Positions 46,040 through 55,748 are shown, counted from the stretch's first letter. The stretch is 64,000 nucleotides of DNA from Gammaproteobacteria bacterium (GCA_965200225.1 CBDATM010000001.1:1819860-1883859); one strand, 5' to 3'. Program-made: numbers and translations. The notes: generated by a model from the sequence alone, not told the origin.

Positions 46040-47788
46040 TTATCTCCAGCCGGCGAAGTTGATGACCCGTGTGGGGGCGCCTTCGGTTCGGCACTCCGGG
46101 CTCAGCATCTCGGGACCCAGCAGATACCAGTTTCGCCGGTGCGCATAGCCGAGCAGAAGGCCGGATTCATTCCTGAAGCACCAGGTTCGATATTCCTCCG
46201 GCGCCAGCAAAAGCCGGTGGGGAGCGCCATGCAGCCAGGCGGCAGCATCCAGTATTTCCTGCTGCCGGTCCGCCCGTAGCCGGCCGAAGTGGGTTACCGG
46301 CCGATCGATATGCAGCAGCAGTTGAGCGCGCCAGTCGGCCAGCCCCAATTCGACCTGGTCCGATAGCGCGGCCTGCGCGGCGGTGGTGATCGTCTTGCCC
46401 GAACGCGCTTCGTTGAGCACCGAGAAGGCGCCCCAGCCCAGCAGCAGCCAGAACGTCACGATAACGCATCCGGTAACGGCCGCCACCCTGCGGCTGCCCG
46501 CGGCCAGCAGTCCCGCCAGTCCCGCCGCGCTGGCCACGATCAGCAAGGGCACAACCACCGGATGAATCGAATTGATCGTCAGCAGCAATGCCAGGCGCGT
46601 CGGGTAGAGCAGGTTGAACCAGAAGGGCGAACCGTCCGACAGGGAAGTGATGACCGGTTCATCCGCCGGCGCCACCCCATAGACTCGCAACATGGCCAAC
46701 AGCAGCACCAGGAGCACCGCCATCATTCCGATCCAGAGCGTCCGCTGGCAATTCCTGTGCTGCAGCGCACTACCCAGGGCCGGACCGCAGCAAACCGCCA
46801 GCGCGGGAATGACCGGCAGAAAATCCGTGGCGCGCTTTATGTGGCTGAGCGACAGCAGCAACAGCACTGCGCCGACCCATGCAAGCAGGCAGAGCAGGGC
46901 AGTGTCCCGCTGTGCCAAGCGCCGTTTCCAGGCGTGGCGCATCCACGGCAGCGTCAGCACGAGCGGAAAGCACGCCCACGGCGCAACCTGCAGAAGGTAA
47001 TACCAGAACGGCTTCAGATCGCTCCAGGAGCTCGGCCCGGCCCCCTGGGCCTCCTGGGGCCAGGCCGTTAGGACGGCAACACGGTACTGAGACACCGCCG
47101 CGTCGTCCGAGAGCCAGAGCAGGCTCAGCCAAGTTGCCGGAATGGCGGTCAAAACGAGAAGGCCTGGCAGCCATCGCCAGTTCCAGCCGATTCGCGTTTC
47201 CGTCCATCCCCGGCGCAACGCCCACAGCCACGGCAGAAACAGGAGCAGGGGAAGCAGCCCGGAAACATGAATCATCAAGCCTAGCCCGCAGCCGACGCAG
47301 CCCAGCAGTAAGTGCGCCCACGCAGGACCTAGCAGCAGGTGGCGCGCGAAGCCGTACAGCCCCAGAACGATGAAGAAACCCAATACGGCATGGCCGCCTG
47401 CGTCGTGCGCCTGCAGGGAGAATTGCACGCAGGCGAGAAGGGCGGCGCCAGACCAGAACGCCGCCGAATCGTCCCATAGTCTGCGCGCCAGATCCCAGGT
47501 GAGCCCGAGGATGCCGATGGCCGACAGCAGCGACGGCAGAAGAAAACCCGCGCGCATGCCGAACAGCCACTGAAAGGCCCCGAGAATCCACAGGTACAAG
47601 GGTCCCTGGTCTGCGAAAATTTCTCCGGCCAGCGTAGGTGCAAGCCAGTTGCCGTAACGGAGCATTTCGGCCGCGGCCAGGGCGTTATCCGGCTCGTTGG
47701 GGGGCCATGGATCACGCAGACCGAAGCCTGCCGTGAAAATCAGCATGGCGGCGCCGAACAGGATCAGCAAGCGCAGGCGGTCTCGCAT
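46040..47788 (-). CDS. family 39 (ArnT/PMT-like) glycosyltransferase, polytopic membrane protein
   Basis: Start ATG 47788 (MRDRLRLLILFG...); many TM helices; PWPPNEPDNA...GPLYLWILG N-terminal loop. Confidence 0.7.
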   Translation of the reverse strand: MRDRLRLLILFGAAMLIFTAGFGLRDPWPPNEPDNALAAAEMLRYGNWLAPTLAGEIFADQGPLYLWILGAFQWLFGMRAGFLLPSLLSAIGILGLTWDLARRLWDDSAAFWSGAALLACVQFSLQAHDAGGHAVLGFFIVLGLYGFARHLLLGPAWAHLLLGCVGCGLGLMIHVSGLLPLLLFLPWLWALRRGWTETRIGWNWRWLPGLLVLTAIPATWLSLLWLSDDAAVSQYRVAVLTAWPQEAQGAGPSSWSDLKPFWYYLLQVAPWACFPLVLTLPWMRHAWKRRLAQRDTALLCLLAWVGAVLLLLSLSHIKRATDFLPVIPALAVCCGPALGSALQHRNCQRTLWIGMMAVLLVLLLAMLRVYGVAPADEPVITSLSDGSPFWFNLLYPTRLALLLTINSIHPVVVPLLIVASAAGLAGLLAAGSRRVAAVTGCVIVTFWLLLGWGAFSVLNEARSGKTITTAAQAALSDQVELGLADWRAQLLLHIDRPVTHFGRLRADRQQEILDAAAWLHGAPHRLLLAPEEYRTWCFRNESGLLLGYAHRRNWYLLGPEMLSPECRTEGAPTRVINFAGWR

Positions 47789-47891
47789 GACGCAAGTGTA
47801 GCGCCGCAGGTCGACATCTATAATGCTGTTGTTCGCCAGAGTGCGTTTCAAACCGCGGTAATTCGTGGTCCGCAAGGGGACAGTAGACGCC

Positions 47892-48923
47892 ATGACCATA
47901 CGAACCGACGCGCTGATCGTGGGCACCGGTCCCTGTGGCCTTTTTCAGGTCTTCGAGTTGGGGCTGCTCGGCATCAGCGCGCGCCTTGTGGACGCCTTGC
48001 GCACGCCGGGCGGACAATGCTCTGAACTCTACCCGGACAAGCCGATCTACGACATTCCGGCTATTCCGGTGCTGAATGCGCAGGAGTTGGTGGACGCTCT
48101 GTTGAAGCAGATCGAGCCGTTCAACCCGGTCTTCCACCTGGGCGAAGAGGTCACCGTTGTCCAACCGCTTGGAGAAGGGGAGGGGTTTCGTGTCGAAACC
48201 GGGGCAGGAACGGAATTCCAGGCGCGAACCCTGTTCCTGGCGGGCGGCGTCGGTTCTTTTCAGCCGCGCAAGCTGCGCCTGGAAGGGGCGGAGGCCATCG
48301 AGGAGAAGCAGTTGCATTACCGGGTCAGGGATTCCTCCCGCTTTGCTGGCAAGAGGCTGCTGATCCTGGGGGGCGGAGACTCCGCGCTGGATTGGGCGCT
48401 CCAATTCAGCGGGACGGCCGAATCGGTAACCCTGGCTCACCGGCGCGACGAATACCGCGCCGCGCCGGCGTCGGTTGCGCAATTCAAGCAGTTGGTAGCG
48501 AAGGGCAGGGCGCAACTGTTCGAGAACGCGCGCGCTACGCGGCTGCACCTGGATCAGGAAAGGTTGCAGGCCGTGACCTTGACCGTGGAAGGCGTCGATC
48601 GCGAACCGCTGGAAGTCGATGAACTGCTGGTGTTCTTCGGCCTGACGCCAAAACTGGGGCCGATTGCCGGGTGGGGCCTCGACCTGAATCGCAAGACGGT
48701 GAACGTGGACCCGGAAAAGTTCCAGACCAATGTACCCGGCATATTCGCAATCGGCGATATCTGCCATTATCCGGGCAAGAAAAAACTCATCCTGAGCGGG
48801 TTTCACGAGGCGGCGCTGGCAGCCTTCGCGGCGAAGGCGCTGCTGAATCCCGGGAAAAAGGTGCACCTTCAGTACACCACGACCAGTCCCATCATGCACA
48901 GGCGGCTGGGCCTGGGAGAGTGA
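47892..48923 (+). CDS. ferredoxin--NADP reductase, thioredoxin-reductase type
   Basis: DALIVGTGPCGLF..., LILGGGDSALDWA, IFAIGDI. Confidence 0.85.
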   Translation: MTIRTDALIVGTGPCGLFQVFELGLLGISARLVDALRTPGGQCSELYPDKPIYDIPAIPVLNAQELVDALLKQIEPFNPVFHLGEEVTVVQPLGEGEGFRVETGAGTEFQARTLFLAGGVGSFQPRKLRLEGAEAIEEKQLHYRVRDSSRFAGKRLLILGGGDSALDWALQFSGTAESVTLAHRRDEYRAAPASVAQFKQLVAKGRAQLFENARATRLHLDQERLQAVTLTVEGVDREPLEVDELLVFFGLTPKLGPIAGWGLDLNRKTVNVDPEKFQTNVPGIFAIGDICHYPGKKKLILSGFHEAALAAFAAKALLNPGKKVHLQYTTTSPIMHRRLGLGE

Positions 48924-48947
48924 GCGCTGCGCCTTGGGGAGTGGAGG

Positions 48948-49016
48948 CTTGTTCTGAGCTCCGGGACTTGTTCTGACGCTCCGGGCCTTGTCTGGCGCTC
49001 AGGACTTGGCGTGGTT
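48948..49016. repeat. degenerate ~19-bp tandem array between convergent genes
   Basis: cttgttctgagctccggga / cttgttctgacgctccgggc / cttgtctggcgctcagga / cttggcgtgg. Confidence 0.7.
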
Positions 49017-49046
49017 CTTGATCAGGCGTGAACGGGCGTGATGGGG

Positions 49047-49724
49047 CTACTCCGGCGGGGCCGCCCCCTGCGTCATCACCGCGTGTACCGCCTCTTCGAA
49101 TTTCTCCTCGGTATGTCCGCCGAGCAGCGTCCTGGCCAGGTTGCCGCCGGCATCGATCAGGTAGTTTGCGGGCAGCACGCCCGGCCAGTGCGGATCCAGC
49201 TCCTCCACCATAAGATAGTCTTCAGGTTCCGCGCTTAAGTAGCTATACCAATTAGGGAATCGTTCTTGAATGAACTCCTCCACCAGCCAGCCTGAGTCCA
49301 TGGGATCGTCCAGCGAAATAGGCATGAGCACGAAAGAGGATGGGTCCAGTCTGTTCTTGAGGCTCAGCAGCGCCGGAATCTCATGAATGCAGGGGCCGCA
49401 CCAGGTGGCCCAGAAATTCACCAGAACCACCTTGCCTTGATGGAGTTCAAGCAGTCCGCGCAGGTCTTCGGCACGGATGCTCTCGAGCACGAGTTCGCTG
49501 GCCGACTCCGATGTCTGAGGAGCGTCTTCGGCCGACCGGGCAGTAACAGGCGCCAAGGCAAGAGGCGCCAAGGCGAGCGGCGCCAAGGCGAGGGGTGCCA
49601 AGGTAACAGACGCCAGGACAAGAGGCGCACAGGCCAGAGGAGCGAGGGCCGGCAACGTCGGCGGCAGGCCAGTAAGCGGTCGTCGAAAGGGTGTAAGATG
49701 TGCGGTTGTAAATATCCTGTTCAC
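49047..49724 (-). CDS. TlpA-family thiol:disulfide oxidoreductase
   Basis: FWATWCGPC thioredoxin motif; start uncertain (GTG 49724 lies only 15 nt from the divergent gene; internal TTG codons possible). Confidence 0.75.
   Translation of the reverse strand: MNRIFTTAHLTPFRRPLTGLPPTLPALAPLACAPLVLASVTLAPLALAPLALAPLALAPVTARSAEDAPQTSESASELVLESIRAEDLRGLLELHQGKVVLVNFWATWCGPCIHEIPALLSLKNRLDPSSFVLMPISLDDPMDSGWLVEEFIQERFPNWYSYLSAEPEDYLMVEELDPHWPGVLPANYLIDAGGNLARTLLGGHTEEKFEEAVHAVMTQGAAPPE
49550..49654 (-). repeat. in-frame 15-bp x7 decaying tandem repeat encoding (LAPLA)n
   Basis: gcgccaaggcaagag / gcgccaaggcgagcg / gcgccaaggcgaggg / gtgccaaggtaacag / acgccaggacaagag / gcgcacaggccagag / gagcgagggccggca. 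Confidence 0.85.
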
Positions 49725-49739
49725 TGGGAGCGATACCTG

Positions 49740-51137
49740 ATGAAGACACGAGCATACATTACATCCCTTAGCGCAATCACGCTGCTTTTGACGCTGACTT
49801 TCGTGCCCTCGATAGCCTGGAGCAATGCTGAAGTCCTTTACCAGCAGAAACTTGGAGTCCAGGATCGCGCAGCGTTCAGCCCCGAGATTGCGACTTCAAG
49901 CAACGGCGAAGTGTACGTAGTGTGGCTTGACCGCGCGATGCCGAACGGGCCGCCTCCCAAGCGCAAGCCCGGCGAGCACAGCCATCGCTCGTCGGTGGAC
50001 CTGTGGATCGCCCGTTCCGACAACGGGGGCGCCAGTTTCGAGTCCCCGGCGCGGGTAAACCAGGAGAGCGGCGTGATATGGGGGTTTCAGGTAAGCAAAC
50101 CACGGCTGAGCATCGATAATCACGGCGCCGTACACATCTTTTATCCCGCCAACGCCGTGTCTACAGAAACTCAGCTGGACGTGATCGCTTCGCACTACAC
50201 GCATTCGACCGACAAGGGCGCCACTTTCTCCGAACCGCTTACGCTGAATTCGCACGTCAACAGGGATGGGCGAGGGCTTCTGGGTGAAGAGTTGGGCGCC
50301 GCGCACGCATTCGGAACGATGGCGGTGGCTCCCGACGGCGCCGTTCACACCTTCTGGCTGGATACGCGATACATGGATGGTCCAAGCATGGGCGCCACGC
50401 TGTTCACGGCCGTTTCAACCGACGGCGGGGCAAACTTCGCCAACGAAATCGAGTTTGCCAACGGCGACGTTTGTCCGTGTTGTCAGTTGGTTGCGGACTT
50501 CGTGGGCGACCAGGCGGTGCTGCTGTCCTACCGGCATGTGTTCGACGACGGCTCGCGCGACAGCGTGGTGCTGCGCTCCACCGATGGCGGAGCAACATGG
50601 CCCGAGTTGGCTCGCTTGCCTATCGACCCCTGGTACATCAACGGCTGCCCGCTCAAACCCACGGACATGGCCGTAAACGAGAACTACGTTTATTCCGTTT
50701 CCTATTCCGCCGGCCCGGAACACAAGGGCGTATGGTTCAGCCGCTCACGCAACGGCGCTCTGGATTTCGAGGAGGCTGTGCCCGTGCATCCGGACTCCCA
50801 ATACAGCGACGCCCCCGTCATTACCGTTACGCCCAGCGGGGTAGTGCGGCTTGTGTGGCATTCGCGCGAGAGCCGCCGGAGTTCCTACCGCCTGTTCATG
50901 GCGGAATCCTTCGATCACGGGGAAACTTTTACGACCCCTTGGATGCTGCCCACGCCGGAAGGTGATTCGCGCTTCCCGGTTGTCGCCGCGGACGCCAACG
51001 GAAACTTGCATGTGGCCTGGGAGCAGCGCGTGAAGATCGGCGAGACCGTGGCCACCGAGGTCCACGTGATGGGCGTCGCTGCGCCCGCCGCGGTCCCCGC
51101 AACCGCGATCGCCAGTCTCAAGGCAGGCACGGAATAG
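49740..51137 (+). CDS. secreted BNR/Asp-box beta-propeller (sialidase-like fold) protein
   Basis: Signal peptide MKTRAYITSLSAITLLLTLTFVPSIAWS; Asp-boxes SDNGGASF, STDKGATF, STDGGANF, STDGGATW, SFDHGETF; CPCC motif. Confidence 0.7.
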   Translation: MKTRAYITSLSAITLLLTLTFVPSIAWSNAEVLYQQKLGVQDRAAFSPEIATSSNGEVYVVWLDRAMPNGPPPKRKPGEHSHRSSVDLWIARSDNGGASFESPARVNQESGVIWGFQVSKPRLSIDNHGAVHIFYPANAVSTETQLDVIASHYTHSTDKGATFSEPLTLNSHVNRDGRGLLGEELGAAHAFGTMAVAPDGAVHTFWLDTRYMDGPSMGATLFTAVSTDGGANFANEIEFANGDVCPCCQLVADFVGDQAVLLSYRHVFDDGSRDSVVLRSTDGGATWPELARLPIDPWYINGCPLKPTDMAVNENYVYSVSYSAGPEHKGVWFSRSRNGALDFEEAVPVHPDSQYSDAPVITVTPSGVVRLVWHSRESRRSSYRLFMAESFDHGETFTTPWMLPTPEGDSRFPVVAADANGNLHVAWEQRVKIGETVATEVHVMGVAAPAAVPATAIASLKAGTE

Positions 51138-51331
51138 GGGAGCGCTCGAAGGAGTTAACCGCGTCAAGCGCCCACTTCCGAGCATCCGCTTCCGCGCAGC
51201 GTAGTACGGTAGTACGTAAGCCTCAGATCAGAACGGTTTGGCCAGGCTGAGCCCTTAACTTTACATAATATACATTATGCCCACAAGATAGATCGAACAC
51301 CGGGCTTGCAACAAATTCGCGGCCAGACCAC

Positions 51332-52579
51332 TCAGGTCACGTGCCCGGCGTGCGCGTGCCCGGCCTGGGGTTTGGCGAAGAGCATCTGAGCGTCACCGAT
51401 GGTCCGCTCGGCGAAGCCCGCCTCGCAGTAGCGGAAGTAGAACTCGTACATGCGCAGGAACTCCTCGGAATATCCGAGCTTCCCGGCCGCCTCCCGGTTC
51501 TGGCGCAAGGCTTCCGCCCACAGCCTGAGCGTTCGCACGTAGTGGCTGCCGATGTCCTCCATGCGCACCAGGCGAAAGTCGGTTCGCTGCCGTACGGCCC
51601 CCATCATCGCTTCAATCGACGGTAGAAACCCGCCCGGAAAAATGTAGCGCTTTATGAAATCGACCCGTTTCACCGCGCTCCGGTAGGATTGCTCGGTAAT
51701 CGTGATGGCCTGCAGCGCCATCAGGCCGTCGGGCTTTAACAGTTCGCTGCAGTGGTGGAAGAACAAGCCCAGGTACTGGGCGCCGACAGCTTCAATCATT
51801 TCAATGGATATCAGCCGGTCGAACTGCCCGGAGATGTCCCGATAGTCCTGCATCCGGACCTCCACGCGATCGTTCAGGCCCGCGGCCTTGACCCGCCGCG
51901 TCGCCTCGGCGTGTTGGCGCTCGGAAATCGTGACGCTTACGACCTCGCAGCCGTATTTTCGGGCCATGTGGATGGCGCAGGCACCCCAGCCGCTGCCAAT
52001 CTCCAGAACCCGCAAGCCGGGCTTCAGTTGGAGCATTTCACAGAGCCGGTCCAGCTTGGCGGTCGAGGCTTCCTCCAGGCTGCTGTCCTCCGATGGGAAA
52101 TACGCGCAGGAATAGAGCATGGTGGGGTCGAGAAACAACTTGAAGAAGTCGTTGCCCACGTCGTAGTGGGCCGATATGTTGCGCCGGGCGCCGGAGCGCG
52201 TATTGCGCCGCAAGGAGTGCCCTACCCAGCGTGTAACCGCGGACAGGAAGGAGAACCGGCCTTCCAATCCTGACAGTACGCCCTGGTCGCGAAGCATCAG
52301 GCGCAAGAGACCTGCAAGATCGGGCGAACGCCACTGGCCGGCCATGAATGCTTCGGCCGCGCCCAGCGCGCCGCCCGTTGCGATCGCCTGCCAGCAGGTG
52401 CTGTCCAGGACCTCGATCGTGGCCTGCGGAAGAGCGCCCGAACTCCCCTGCCCGCCCAGAATGCGCCTTTGACCGGCCTCCAATACCTCCAACCGGCCGT
52501 TCTTCAGCCTGTCCAGACGCTTTTGTACCAAGCGCCGCCAGATGGAGGCCGGTAAATCCGTCTTTTGCTGCGCGTTCAC
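51332..52579 (-). CDS. cfa: cyclopropane-fatty-acyl-phospholipid synthase family methyltransferase
   Basis: GTG 52579 overlaps DUF1365 stop (GTGA); HYDVGNDFF, VLEIGSGWG SAM motif. Confidence 0.85.
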   Translation of the reverse strand: MNAQQKTDLPASIWRRLVQKRLDRLKNGRLEVLEAGQRRILGGQGSSGALPQATIEVLDSTCWQAIATGGALGAAEAFMAGQWRSPDLAGLLRLMLRDQGVLSGLEGRFSFLSAVTRWVGHSLRRNTRSGARRNISAHYDVGNDFFKLFLDPTMLYSCAYFPSEDSSLEEASTAKLDRLCEMLQLKPGLRVLEIGSGWGACAIHMARKYGCEVVSVTISERQHAEATRRVKAAGLNDRVEVRMQDYRDISGQFDRLISIEMIEAVGAQYLGLFFHHCSELLKPDGLMALQAITITEQSYRSAVKRVDFIKRYIFPGGFLPSIEAMMGAVRQRTDFRLVRMEDIGSHYVRTLRLWAEALRQNREAAGKLGYSEEFLRMYEFYFRYCEAGFAERTIGDAQMLFAKPQAGHAHAGHVT

Positions 52580-53325
52580 GAGCCGGGATGCGCCAGAGGC
52601 TGGACACCCTTGAGCCACAGGCGCAGGGCATTGAGATGGATACGCACCGTCACGTTGGCAGTCATCAGCGGATAGCGCAGCAGGCTGCGGGCCAGCACGC
52701 CGCCGCTGACCGGACGCCGGGCAAGCGCCAGACTGGTCTGCAGCGTGGCTTCTTCCGCCTGAACCACCTCGATGCTCAGCGACAGCCGCTCGTCGGGCGG
52801 CCTTACCCAGCAGCGATAGGACATGTCCATGGGAATGAAGGGGGAAACATGCATTTCTTTATTGAAATCAAATAATTGTCCCCTACCTCTGAATTTTGAA
52901 TCGGCAACGGGCAGGACGTAGCAAACGCGCTCCTTCCAGGGCGTATTGCTGACCTCCAGCACGTAGCAGCGCGGAACGGGGTCGTTCTTCTCGAAACAGT
53001 AATAGACCGAGACCGGGTTGAAGATGTAGCCGAAATAGCGGAGATGCGTGAGCAGGCGAACCGGTCCGTCGAGGCGCAGGCCGCTGCGCTCCCGAACCAG
53101 TTGCCTTATGCCCTGCGCCAGGTCTTCGCAACTCCCGTCCAGATGGTCGCTCGGCAGGAAACGCGCTACCGCGGGACGGCGCGTCGACCACAGCCACCGT
53201 CCGGAAAATATCTGATCCAGTTCGTCCAGGTCCACGTACGCCATGAACAGGCGATACTGAAACGCATGTTTAGCCGGCTTGTGCCGGATATGCCGGACCC
53301 AGCCCTCATAGATTGCGCTGTGCAT
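52576..53325 (-). CDS. DUF1365 family protein
   Basis: MHSAIYEGWVRHIRHKPAKHAFQYRLFM...; usual partner of cfa and the FAD oxidoreductase. Confidence 0.8.
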   Translation of the reverse strand: MHSAIYEGWVRHIRHKPAKHAFQYRLFMAYVDLDELDQIFSGRWLWSTRRPAVARFLPSDHLDGSCEDLAQGIRQLVRERSGLRLDGPVRLLTHLRYFGYIFNPVSVYYCFEKNDPVPRCYVLEVSNTPWKERVCYVLPVADSKFRGRGQLFDFNKEMHVSPFIPMDMSYRCWVRPPDERLSLSIEVVQAEEATLQTSLALARRPVSGGVLARSLLRYPLMTANVTVRIHLNALRLWLKGVQPLAHPGS

Positions 53326-54643
53326 ATGCGAATTCTGCCTGATTCTCCGGACTGGTCGCCCATTCGCGCACGCTGCAGGCCGCCCTGAGCCCGCTCACCA
53401 GGCCGTCCTCGTGGAAACCCCAACCCGTCCAGGCGCCGCAGAAGAAGCGGTTGCCGGCTGCGTTCAGTTCTCCCACCCTGCCCTGCGCGGCGAACGCTTC
53501 GGCGCTGAAGACCGGGTGCGCGAAACTGAGCGTGTCGATGACCTTGTCGCTACGCACCGCGCGCAGCGGATTGAGCGTGACGCAAATCGGCTCCGGCGAC
53601 TGCAGGTGTTGCAGCATGTTGAGGTGGTAGGTTACGGACGCCCTGCGCCCGCTGTCCGGCGACCGGTAGTAGTTCCAGGACGCCCAGGCCCGCCGCCGTC
53701 TGGGAAGCACGTGAGCGTCGGTATGCACCACCGCTTCGTTGCGTTGATAGGGCACTGCGCTCAACACCTGCTGCTCAAGCGCGCTGGGGTCCTTCAGCAA
53801 GCCCAGCGCCTGGTTGCTGTGCACCGCCACAACGGCGGCGTCGTAGACCTCCGTGCTTCGTGAAGTTTCAACGCGGACTCTGCCGCCACGGGATTCGATG
53901 GAGCGGACCGGAGAATTCGCCCTGACTTGTCCGCCAAAGCGGCCCAACATGGCGTCCACGTATTGACTGGCGCCGCCGGGAATCATGCGCCACTGACGGT
54001 GCCCCTTGGCGCCCAGCAGCATGTGATTCGCCATGAACCGCAGCAGGTAAAGGCTTGGGAAGCGCTCGATGGAGTCAACCGAAGACGACCAGATCGCCGC
54101 CGTCATCGGCAGCAAGTAGTCGTTGATCAACTCTCGCCCGTAACTCCCCTGGGCGAGGAACTCGGCCACACTCATCCGGGCAAGCTCCCCTTCCCTTTCA
54201 GCCAGCGCCCGGTTGGCGTCCCGGTTGAACCGCAGGATGTCCCGCAGCATCCGGTAGTGCCGGGGACGAACCAGATTTCGCCGCTGCGCGAAAAGCTGGT
54301 TCATCGTGCTGCCATGGTATTCCAGTCCGGTTTGGTCGCAGCGCAAGCTGAAACTCATCTCCGTATCCCGCGGTGAAATCTCCAATTCGCGGAGCAATCG
54401 CGTGAAATGCGGGTAGTTGGCCTCGTTGAACACCATGAAGCCAAGGTCCGCGCGGTATTCCCGGCCGAATCTCTCGAAACGAAGAGTGCGGGTGTGGCCG
54501 CCGGAGTTCTTCCGCGCCTCGTAGAGCGTTACGTCATGTTCGGCGTCCAGTTCCCGGGCTGCGGCAAGACCCGAAATCCCGGCGCCCACCACGGCTACCT
54601 TGAGGCGCGGAGCCGGTCCCGGTGCGTTTACTTTCGCGTCCAT
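53306..54643 (-). CDS. NAD(P)/FAD-dependent oxidoreductase (amine-oxidase-like)
   Basis: VAVVGAGISGLAAA dinucleotide-binding motif. Confidence 0.85.
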   Translation of the reverse strand: MDAKVNAPGPAPRLKVAVVGAGISGLAAARELDAEHDVTLYEARKNSGGHTRTLRFERFGREYRADLGFMVFNEANYPHFTRLLRELEISPRDTEMSFSLRCDQTGLEYHGSTMNQLFAQRRNLVRPRHYRMLRDILRFNRDANRALAEREGELARMSVAEFLAQGSYGRELINDYLLPMTAAIWSSSVDSIERFPSLYLLRFMANHMLLGAKGHRQWRMIPGGASQYVDAMLGRFGGQVRANSPVRSIESRGGRVRVETSRSTEVYDAAVVAVHSNQALGLLKDPSALEQQVLSAVPYQRNEAVVHTDAHVLPRRRRAWASWNYYRSPDSGRRASVTYHLNMLQHLQSPEPICVTLNPLRAVRSDKVIDTLSFAHPVFSAEAFAAQGRVGELNAAGNRFFCGAWTGWGFHEDGLVSGLRAACSVREWATSPENQAEFAYAQRNL

Positions 54644-54730
54644 CCTCTATCCGCTCTCATGCAATATCCGGGCTAGTGTGGTGCAACATGACTTGCGCTG
54701 ACTCCCCTCGCTCGACAACAGGTCCACGGC

Positions 54731-54736
54731 TATAAT
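54731..54736 (+). promoter_or_regulatory. consensus -10 hexamer TATAAT upstream of the desaturase gene
   Basis: Perfect TATAAT in a GC-rich divergent intergenic region, 61 nt before ATG 54798; no good -35 seen. Confidence 0.25.
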
Positions 54737-54797
54737 TCGGGTTTCTGACGAAAGCCGGATTCAGGCGCCGGCCACGACACTAACAGCGAGGATTGCG

Positions 54798-55652
54798 ATG
54801 CGAAAGGCGCAGTACAAGGCTCGGGTTGTAATCATAGGGATGATCGCATTCCACCTGGCTTGCTTCGGCGCCATCTACACGGGAGTCAGCATGACAGCCC
54901 TGATTGTGGCGGGCGCACTGTACTTCCTGAGGGCTTTCGGCGTCACCGCGGGTTTTCATCGCCTGCTTGCTCATTCCTCCTACCGTGCGTCGCGCCCCGT
55001 GCGATTTCTGCTCGCTTTGCTCGGCAGTTGCGCCACCCAGGGCGGTCCGTTGTGGTGGGCTTCCCACCATCGCCGACATCATCGCTACTCCGAGCGGGAG
55101 GGCGACGTGCACTCGCCCGTGCAGCGGGGTTTCTGGTATGCGCATATCGGATGGATGTGGGATGCCATCTGTTTCAGCGGCAATTACGCCAACATCAAGG
55201 ACCTTCACCGCTATCCCGAGATCAGGGGCCTGCAGAAGGGATACGTATTCGTGATACTCGGGCAAGCCGGCCTGCTTTTTGGCCTGGGCGCGCTGCTGAA
55301 CTGGCTGGCTCCCGGCCTGGGAGCCAGTGGCCTGCAAATGCTGGTCTGGGGGTTCTTCATAAGCACGGTTGCCCTGTGGCACGCCACCTTCATGGTGAAC
55401 TCGGTCTGCCACCTCTGGGGCACGCGGCCCAATCACGCCGGCGACGGCAGCCGCAACAACTTCCTGGTAGCCCTGCTGACTCTCGGGGAAGGTTGGCACA
55501 ACAATCACCACCGCTGGGCCTATTCCGCGCGCCACGGACTGCGCTGGTGGCAGCTCGACGTCACCTGGCTTGGCCTGCTGCTGATGAAGCAACTGCGCCT
55601 GGTGCGCGACCTGCGCCTGCCCGCCCCAAGAGTAGCGTCCGCGCAGGCCTGA
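54798..55652 (+). CDS. acyl-CoA (delta-9-type) fatty-acid desaturase
   Basis: His boxes HRLLAH, HRRHH, HNNHH. Confidence 0.9.
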   Translation: MRKAQYKARVVIIGMIAFHLACFGAIYTGVSMTALIVAGALYFLRAFGVTAGFHRLLAHSSYRASRPVRFLLALLGSCATQGGPLWWASHHRRHHRYSEREGDVHSPVQRGFWYAHIGWMWDAICFSGNYANIKDLHRYPEIRGLQKGYVFVILGQAGLLFGLGALLNWLAPGLGASGLQMLVWGFFISTVALWHATFMVNSVCHLWGTRPNHAGDGSRNNFLVALLTLGEGWHNNHHRWAYSARHGLRWWQLDVTWLGLLLMKQLRLVRDLRLPAPRVASAQA

Positions 55653-55748
55653 CCAGCGGCGCCATGGTCACCATGGTCAGGGTTGAGGCTCGGCAGGCGG
55701 GCTGAGGCAGCCCTTGTGCGACTCAGGACTTGTTAACGCCGCTTGCGC

